Origin: Chloroflexota bacterium
Lineage (GTDB): Bacteria > Chloroflexota > Limnocylindria > P2-11E
DNA: 64,000 bases
Assembly (NCBI GenBank): GCA_038040345.1
Contig: JBBPIQ010000002.1
Coordinates: 189,747 to 253,746, forward strand
Reading direction: 5' to 3'
The notes under the pieces are model-generated. The model ran no database searches. It had not been told where the DNA came from and worked only from the letters and a program-made list of their open reading frames with translations. The translations under genes were made by a program, and so were the position numbers. Positions 58,464 to 64,000 of the stretch are shown one piece after another. How positions within the stretch are numbered: position 1 is the first letter of the stretch; every line of letters starts with the position of its first letter.

Positions 58464-59441
58464 GTGTCCGACATGAAGAACTCAAAGGCACTCGCTGCGA
58501 CGGTCGTCATCGCGCTCATCATTGCGATCGGCGCGATGGCAGGCACCGCTGCGAATGCGGCAACTTCCACTGTTCCCCTGGGAACGGCTGCCAGCTTCTC
58601 GGTCCTCGGCGGTCTGGCAGTGACCAACACAGGCCCGACCACCACCGACAAAGACGTAGGGGTTTGGCCCGGTACCTCGGTGGGCGCGTGGCCGCCCGGA
58701 ATAGCCGGCGGGGCAATCCACGCGGGTGACGCCGTCGCGCAGCAGGCCCAGAGCGACCTGACCACCGCGTATAACAACGCCGCAGGACGAACGCCGTTCA
58801 CGGTTGTGGGTGGCGATCTCGTCGGGCAGACCCTCGTTGGTGGCGTCTATAGAGGCGGCACGCTCGGTCTCACAGGAGTGCTGACCCTCGATGGGCAGAA
58901 CGATCCAGCGTCCGTCTGGATCTTCCAGACGCCGGCAACCCTCATCACCGGGTCGTCGAGTCTTGTGAGCTTCATCAACGGCGCGAGCCCGTGCAACGTC
59001 TTCTGGCAGGTCGGGAGCTCAGCGACTCTGGGAACGGGCTCCACCTTCGTCGGCACGATCATGGCTCTAACCAAGATCACGGTCACTACCGGCGTGACCG
59101 TCTATGGCAGAGCGCTGGCCCGGAATGATGCCGTGACATTGGACAACGACCGATTCCTAACGTCAGTGTGCGCATCTGCGCTAAACATTCCGCCGACGCG
59201 GCCACCGTTCACGGTTGCACCTTCGGCAACTCCGATAGCCGCGCCCACAGCGACCCCGATCGGTGCGGCCACTCCAACCGCAGCGCCGACAGTCGCTCCA
59301 ACCGCAGCGCCGACAGTTCATCTAACAGTCCTGCCATCAACGAGCACGGCGGAGTCGTGGGGTCCGCTCGCGCTGCTTGGCCTGGCCCTGGCCAGCTTCG
59401 GGGCGCTTCTGCTGCTTCGTAGACCACTTCGGAACTTCTAG
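58464..59441 (+). CDS. secreted DUF3494 (ice-binding-like) protein with Pro/Thr/Ala linker and C-terminal hydrophobic-basic tail
   Basis: signal peptide; LGTAASFSVLGGLAVTNTGPTT; PTAAPTVAPTAAPT linker; C-terminus LPSTSTAE + hydrophobic helix + RRPLRNF. Confidence 0.65.
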   Translation: MSDMKNSKALAATVVIALIIAIGAMAGTAANAATSTVPLGTAASFSVLGGLAVTNTGPTTTDKDVGVWPGTSVGAWPPGIAGGAIHAGDAVAQQAQSDLTTAYNNAAGRTPFTVVGGDLVGQTLVGGVYRGGTLGLTGVLTLDGQNDPASVWIFQTPATLITGSSSLVSFINGASPCNVFWQVGSSATLGTGSTFVGTIMALTKITVTTGVTVYGRALARNDAVTLDNDRFLTSVCASALNIPPTRPPFTVAPSATPIAAPTATPIGAATPTAAPTVAPTAAPTVHLTVLPSTSTAESWGPLALLGLALASFGALLLLRRPLRNF

Positions 59442-59763
59442 CGAGATCCTCGCGCAAGACCGCCAAGCCAGGTGAAGATCCAGCTCAGTGCACTTGGCTT
59501 GGCGGCGGCGTGTGCGAGCAACTTGTTCGCGGATTCTCAGCTCCCGGACGCAAGTCGATCCATTGTTCAGGATCCTTCTCATAGTTGCGCTCGTCGTCAT
59601 AGTTCCGCGTGTTGGTCGACGAGGCGATCCGCCTGCTACTACAGCAATTCCTGTAGCAGAGACGAGCGACGGCCGCGCACGATCGGGGACGACACCGGAC
59701 GGGCTGCGCGATTTTCTCGAATGAATCGACGTTAGCGGACGATCATGGACGGGCCGGGGCGCA

Positions 59764-59818
59764 CTTGAAAACCGCTGAGGGTGCAAGCTCTCCGTGGGTT
59801 CGAATCCCACCCCCTCCG
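59764..59818 (+). other. partial tRNA-Ser-like sequence (anticodon loop to 3' end), att-like
   Basis: CTTGAAAACCGCT ... GTGGGTTCGAATCCCAC CCCCTCC G shares anticodon loop, T-arm and acceptor 3' strand with tRNA-Ser but has a different variable arm and no D-arm. Confidence 0.5.
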
Positions 59819-59833
59819 CAGATCGTTAGGGAA

Positions 59834-60292
59834 TCAACGGCGGGCTTTTAGCGCGGCCTCGATCTCGTCGAGGTGCTCGCGGCGGTGATCGGCGCGTACC
59901 GGATTGATCGGGCTGTCGGGGTCGCCCGGCCAAAGCCGGTCCAGGGGCAGCTTCGCTACGCGCGCGTCCGTCTCGTCGGCGATCCGCAGGGCGAACTTCG
60001 CGGCCTCTCTCGGCGCGATCGCGTGGATCAGCGGACGGGTCGAGTCGTTGAGCCAGTCGCCGCCGGGCTCGGCGTCCGACGTCGCCCACGGTTCGCCGCG
60101 ATCGATCTTCTCGGCGAGGACCAGAACGCGGATGTCCCAGTACGCGATGTGACCGAGCACGCCGGCGACGGTCCAAAACTCGTTCACGGGAGCGGTGAGC
60201 GCGTCGTCGTCCAAGCTTTTGATGAGCGCGCGCAGACGCTCGCGTTCGCGGGTGTTCGCATCGATGTAGGAGCGATCGTCAGCCATCGTCGT
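59834..60292 (-). CDS. hypothetical protein, possibly DinB/YfiT-like
   Basis: start at MADDRSYID inside ORF 59834..60487; family assignment tentative. Confidence 0.4.
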   Translation of the reverse strand, partial: TTMADDRSYIDANTRERERLRALIKSLDDDALTAPVNEFWTVAGVLGHIAYWDIRVLVLAEKIDRGEPWATSDAEPGGDWLNDSTRPLIHAIAPREAAKFALRIADETDARVAKLPLDRLWPGDPDSPINPVRADHRREHLDEIEAALKARR

Positions 60293-60294
60293 AG

Positions 60295-61008
60295 CTAGGC
60301 GCGGCCGGCGTGAGCCTTCGCGACGTCGCCGATGATCTCGGCGAGCTCCTTTGGCCGCGACCACATCGGCCAGTGGCTCGTCGGCAGGTCGACCCAGGTG
60401 ACATTGCGTAGCTCGGCGAGACCCCCGAGCCACGCCTGGCCCTCCTTGACCGCGTCCTTGTATTGCGCGGACGTGTACCCCGTGCACACGACCGTGCTCG
60501 GCACGTCGAGGCGCGCGGCGTTCGTCAGCTTGGCCGCCCCGCGCAGCGCGGCGCCCGGCTCGGGAACGGCCCGGCGCCGGAACGTCTCGAGCTGCTCCTT
60601 GGAGAGCCCGTCGAGGTTCTCGTCTGCCGCGAGCTTCTCGAGCGAGGGCATCGGCTTCTCCGCCGCGTCGAAGCTCGCGTCGAGCGCGGCCGTCGCTGGG
60701 CCGGTGTCGACGTAGACAATCGCCGCGAGCTGCTTGGGGATGCGGTCGGTAACCGCATACCCGGGGGCCCCGGCACCACTATGCACCGCGAGCACGACAC
60801 GATCCCCCGCGGCCTTCACCGCGTTGCAGATCGCGTCGACGTGGTCGGCGAACGTGATCGCGGATCGATCGGCATCCGCCGACTCGAGACCGGGCAGCGT
60901 CACCGCCGTCACGCGGTGACCGTCGGCACGCAACGCGGCGGCGACCTCGTCCCACGCCCACGCGCCGAGCCAGAAACCGGGAACCAGGACGATCGGTGCA
61001 GTCGTCAT
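60295..61008 (-). CDS. alpha/beta hydrolase fold protein
   Basis: start MTTAPIVLVPGFWLGAWAW with upstream GAGGA; nucleophile-elbow-like LAVHSGAG. Confidence 0.6.
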   Translation of the reverse strand: MTTAPIVLVPGFWLGAWAWDEVAAALRADGHRVTAVTLPGLESADADRSAITFADHVDAICNAVKAAGDRVVLAVHSGAGAPGYAVTDRIPKQLAAIVYVDTGPATAALDASFDAAEKPMPSLEKLAADENLDGLSKEQLETFRRRAVPEPGAALRGAAKLTNAARLDVPSTVVCTGYTSAQYKDAVKEGQAWLGGLAELRNVTWVDLPTSHWPMWSRPKELAEIIGDVAKAHAGRA

Positions 61009-61086
61009 TCCTCGGACCCTAGCGCGGGCAACGACATCGCGCATCCGGGCGGCTAGAGTCCATCCAGAAATCCTCGGAGGTGCGTC

Positions 61087-61167
61087 ATGTCCTGCGCTTG
61101 TGGAGCGTGCTGCGGTAAATGCTGTTCCGGCGTGAGCACCGAGACCAAGCCCAAGCCGACCAAGTAG
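61087..61167 (+). CDS. 26-aa cysteine-rich micropeptide (metallothionein-like or leader peptide)
   Basis: GGAGG 6 nt upstream of ATG; MSCACGACCGKCCSGVSTETKPKPTK, 7 Cys in 13 residues. Confidence 0.4.
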   Translation: MSCACGACCGKCCSGVSTETKPKPTK

Positions 61168-61280
61168 CTTCGAATCCCGTCCGGGGTATGCTCCCCGCGG
61201 CCCGGGGGAGGATGCGCGCTTCCAGAGATCGCGACCCGGACCTTCGCGCGTCGGTGTGAGCGCGGCGGAGGAGGGACTGC

Positions 61281-62738
61281 ATGGCTGCACGGGCGGCACG
61301 AACGGCCAGAAGGCCGGAGGCGCCGGCGATTCTTGAGCGGTTATTCAAGCTTCGCGAGAACTCGACCACGGTAAGCACCGAGGTCATTGGCGGCATCACG
61401 ACGTTCTTCGTGATGGCCTACATCATCGCGTTGAACCCGATCATCCTGAACTATGTCGGGAACGCGGGCCTTCAGGACAAGAACCTCGGGCCCGGCTTCC
61501 CGCAAACGGTCGCGATGACCGCGCTCTGCGCCGGCGTCCTCACGATCGCGATGGGTCTTTACGCGAACAGGCCGTTCGCGATGGCCGCCGGCCTCGGTCT
61601 CAACGCGGTGGTCGCGTACCAGCTCGTTCTCGGCACTCCGCCGCTGCCGTGGCAGGCCGCCATGGGGATCATCCTCATGGAAGGCATCGTCATCACCGCG
61701 CTCGTCCTGAGCGGCCTGCGCGAGGCCATCCTCAATGCGATCCCGATGCAGCTCAAACAGGCGATCGGCGTGGGCATCGGCCTCTTCATTCTGCTGATTG
61801 GACTCGTGAATGCCGGTTTCGTGACCCGCGGCGTGGGCACAGTCGTCACGTTGTCGCCTCTTAACACAGGCCCAATCCTGACGTTCGTCATCGGTCTCAT
61901 CATCACGCTCGCGCTCTTCGCCCGCGGCGTGCGGGCGGCGCTACTGCTCGGCATCGTCGGGACGACGATCGTCGCGGGTCTCCTACACGCGGTCTTCTCG
62001 ACGTACGTGCCCTCGACGGCTCCAGGCACGGCGCAGCTTCCCACGTCATGGTTCGAATTCCCCAACTTCTCGAACGCGCTCAGCGGACTGAACTTCAGCG
62101 CGTTCGCGACCATCGGCGTCCTCGCGACGATCCTCGCGGTGTTCACGATCATGCTGTCGGACTTCTTCGACACGATGGGCACCGTCATCGGCATTGGCGG
62201 CCAAGCCGGGTGGCTCGACAGCAAGGGCCGGCTCCCTGGCATCCGCAAGATCCTTCTTGTCGACTCGGTCGGTGCGGCGTTCGGCGGCCTCATGGGCGCG
62301 TCGAGCAACACGACCTATATCGAGTCTGCCGCGGGCGTCTCGTCCGGCGCGCGGACGGGCCTCGCGAGCGTGGTCACCGGCATCCTGTTCCTCGCCGCGA
62401 TGTTCATCGCGCCGGTCGTGGCGGTCATCCCGCCTGAGGCGACCGCGCCCGCTCTGGTCATCGTCGGATTCCTCATGGCGGGCATCGCGTCGAAGATCGA
62501 CTTCACCGATCTCGAGCTGGGTCTCCCCGCCCTGCTCACGATCGTGATCATGCCGTTCACGTACTCGATCACGAACGGCATCGGCGCAGGGTTCATCACC
62601 TTCGTCTTCATCAAGCTCGCACGCGGCAAGGCGAACGAGGTCCATCCCCTCATGTGGGGCGTCGCGCTCGCCTTCCTCCTGTACTTCGCGCAAAACGTCT
62701 ACGCCAGCGCGTTCGGCGTGGGTGGGTACCGCGAGTAG
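61281..62738 (+). CDS. NCS2 family nucleobase permease (AzgA-like purine permease)
   Basis: GGITTFFVMAYIIALNP...; about 13 TM helices; true start may be slightly downstream. Confidence 0.8.
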   Translation: MAARAARTARRPEAPAILERLFKLRENSTTVSTEVIGGITTFFVMAYIIALNPIILNYVGNAGLQDKNLGPGFPQTVAMTALCAGVLTIAMGLYANRPFAMAAGLGLNAVVAYQLVLGTPPLPWQAAMGIILMEGIVITALVLSGLREAILNAIPMQLKQAIGVGIGLFILLIGLVNAGFVTRGVGTVVTLSPLNTGPILTFVIGLIITLALFARGVRAALLLGIVGTTIVAGLLHAVFSTYVPSTAPGTAQLPTSWFEFPNFSNALSGLNFSAFATIGVLATILAVFTIMLSDFFDTMGTVIGIGGQAGWLDSKGRLPGIRKILLVDSVGAAFGGLMGASSNTTYIESAAGVSSGARTGLASVVTGILFLAAMFIAPVVAVIPPEATAPALVIVGFLMAGIASKIDFTDLELGLPALLTIVIMPFTYSITNGIGAGFITFVFIKLARGKANEVHPLMWGVALAFLLYFAQNVYASAFGVGGYRE

Positions 62739-62804
62739 CGTTCGGTCCGGCACCTAAAGGAGAGGCCCTGCCGCGCTGGCAGGGCCTCTTTCTATGCTGA
62801 ACAC

Positions 62805-63575
62805 GTGGAGCCACGAGCAGCGGTCCGCGAAGCGCTCGAGCGCGGTGAGCGCGCGGCCCTCGTCACGGTGACGGCGCTCGAGGGAAGTCCGCCGTCGCGC
62901 GAAGGCATGGCGCTCGGCGTGCTCGAAAGCGGCGAACGGTTCGGCAGCCTGGGGTGCGACGGATTCGACGAGTCCGGCGAGCACGACGCGACGCGCGCGT
63001 TGCGCGAACGCGTTCGACTCGAGCGCACGTACGACTGGGACGATGCGTCGCGCATCCGCGTCGAGGTCCGTCCATTCGTGCCGGGCGAAACGGTCCCTGG
63101 ATCGACCGCGCGGCCCGAGCTGATCGTTATCGGAACAGGTCCGGTCGCGCGCGCGCTCGCGACCATCGGGAAGGTCCTCGGGTTCACGATCCGCGCGGTC
63201 TCCGTCGGTGCATCCGATGCGCCGGAGCCTGATGAGCGCATCGTCGTTCGTGACGCGACCGAGCTCACCAGGCTGCGCCTCGGACCGGAGACCTATGTCG
63301 TCATCGCCGGGCACGACCGCGAGTTCTCGCAGGCGGCATTGCGCATCCTTCTCCTTTCGGAGGCGCCGTATCTCGGGATGATGGGCAGCCGCCGGCACAC
63401 CGGCGGTCTTCTCGACGAGCTACGTGCCGCGGGAATCTCTGATCGATCGCTCGCGCGCGTGCACACGCCGGTCGGTCTTGACCTTGGAGCGCAGACGCCG
63501 GAAGAGATCGCGCTCGCTGCGATCGCGCACATCGTCGCCACACGTAGGGGGAGGAGCGGGTCGCCTCTCGCCTGA
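62805..63575 (+). CDS. XdhC/CoxI family molybdo-enzyme maturation protein
   Basis: GTG start; LVTVTALEGSPPSREG... and Rossmann-like LIVIGTGPVARALA. Confidence 0.7.
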   Translation: MEPRAAVREALERGERAALVTVTALEGSPPSREGMALGVLESGERFGSLGCDGFDESGEHDATRALRERVRLERTYDWDDASRIRVEVRPFVPGETVPGSTARPELIVIGTGPVARALATIGKVLGFTIRAVSVGASDAPEPDERIVVRDATELTRLRLGPETYVVIAGHDREFSQAALRILLLSEAPYLGMMGSRRHTGGLLDELRAAGISDRSLARVHTPVGLDLGAQTPEEIALAAIAHIVATRRGRSGSPLA

Positions 63576-63619
63576 CCGGGCCGGCACGGGTAGACTCGCT
63601 CTGGGTTTGGTGACCTCAC

Positions 63620-63712
63620 GGGGAGGTCGCATAGTTGGCCTAGTGCGCGGGTTTGCTAAACCCGTAAGGATGCCGTAAGGCGCCTTCGAGGGTTCGAATC
63701 CCTCCCTCCCCG
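63620..63712 (+). tRNA. tRNA-Ser (anticodon GCU)
   Basis: acceptor GGGGAGG/CCTCCCC, anticodon stem CGGGT/ACCCG with loop TTGCTAA, long variable arm, T-loop GAGGGTTCGAATCCCTC. Confidence 0.8.
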
Positions 63713-63725
63713 CAGTTGTGATGTC

Positions 63726-64000
63726 TCAGGACATCGAGGACACCTGTCTCACGACATTGTGGACAGGTGTCCGCGCGCCGAAATAGCGGCGGCTCGGATC
63801 GAGGGTGAGCTCGCGTAGCAGCTGACCGTCGTCGCGGACGATCCGGACGTTCGCGCCGGCGATGAGCAGACGGATCCGCTCACCCTTGTGCGCGCGTCCG
63901 ACGTAGATGTGCCGCAGCTGGCTCAGGTAGCGCAGCGTGACTCGACCGCAGCTATCCACCTTGTCATGGCGGACCCGGAAGTCGGTGACCGTCTCCGGCA
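63726..64000 (-). mobile_element. transposase/integrase gene, C-terminal part (continues beyond window)
   Basis: stop 13 nt downstream of the tRNA-Ser(GCU) 3' end on the opposite strand; C-terminus ...GERIRLLIAGANVRIVRDDGQLLRELTLDPSRRY; family assignment tentative. Confidence 0.45.

Noticed and set aside
59700-59822. Complete D-armless tRNA reading of the 59.8-kb tRNA-like segment (GGACGGG as acceptor 5' strand)
   Set aside because: Acceptor pairing has a C:C mismatch, the anticodon stem pairs only 3 bp and there is no D-arm; better explained as a tRNA 3' fragment.

Overview
64-kb window of a very high-GC (about 70%) bacterial chromosome, read by eye from the sequence and the supplied ORF translations; no database search or folding was run, and hand-derived coordinates may be off by 1-3 nt. 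Positions 1-45,000 are a dense housekeeping core: an M16 peptidase with ndk, three divergent antiporter-like membrane proteins, rpoN (sigma-54), the H+-pyrophosphatase hppA, 5-oxoprolinase pxpABC, ribD/ribE, an argC-argJ-argB-argR-argG-argH cluster followed by a GNAT gene, ggt, a PBP-lipoprotein-M16-pair block, a MutY-like glycosylase, greA, a class-I lysyl-tRNA synthetase, a GH57-methyltransferase-GT4 alpha-glucan cluster, serS and a large adenylate-cyclase/STAND-ATPase/TPR protein. Positions 45,000-64,000 look like an accessory, decaying region: frameshifted or truncated genes (GNAT, SRPBCC, UvrA N-terminus, a duplicated S4-domain gene), two ArsR-SRPBCC-DUF1801 modules, two DUF3494 (ice-binding-like) secreted proteins, an ATP-grasp enzyme, an orphan response regulator, two tRNA-Ser genes each followed by a GATGTC-N4-GACATC palindrome and a transposase C-terminal remnant, tRNA-Ser-derived fragments, and a 26-codon Cys-rich micro-ORF with a strong ribosome-binding site. 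The best candidates for something undescribed are the tRNA-Ser-bracketed island remnant carrying a response regulator and a DUF3494 protein, the DUF3494 plus ATP-grasp cassette flanked by direct repeats of an S4 gene, the in-frame tandem TGA-TGA inside the methyltransferase of the alpha-glucan cluster, and the Cys-rich micropeptide. No CRISPR array, rRNA or intact prophage was seen. Many long Arg/Ala-rich ORFs on the opposite strand of real genes are GC-skew artefacts and were ignored.
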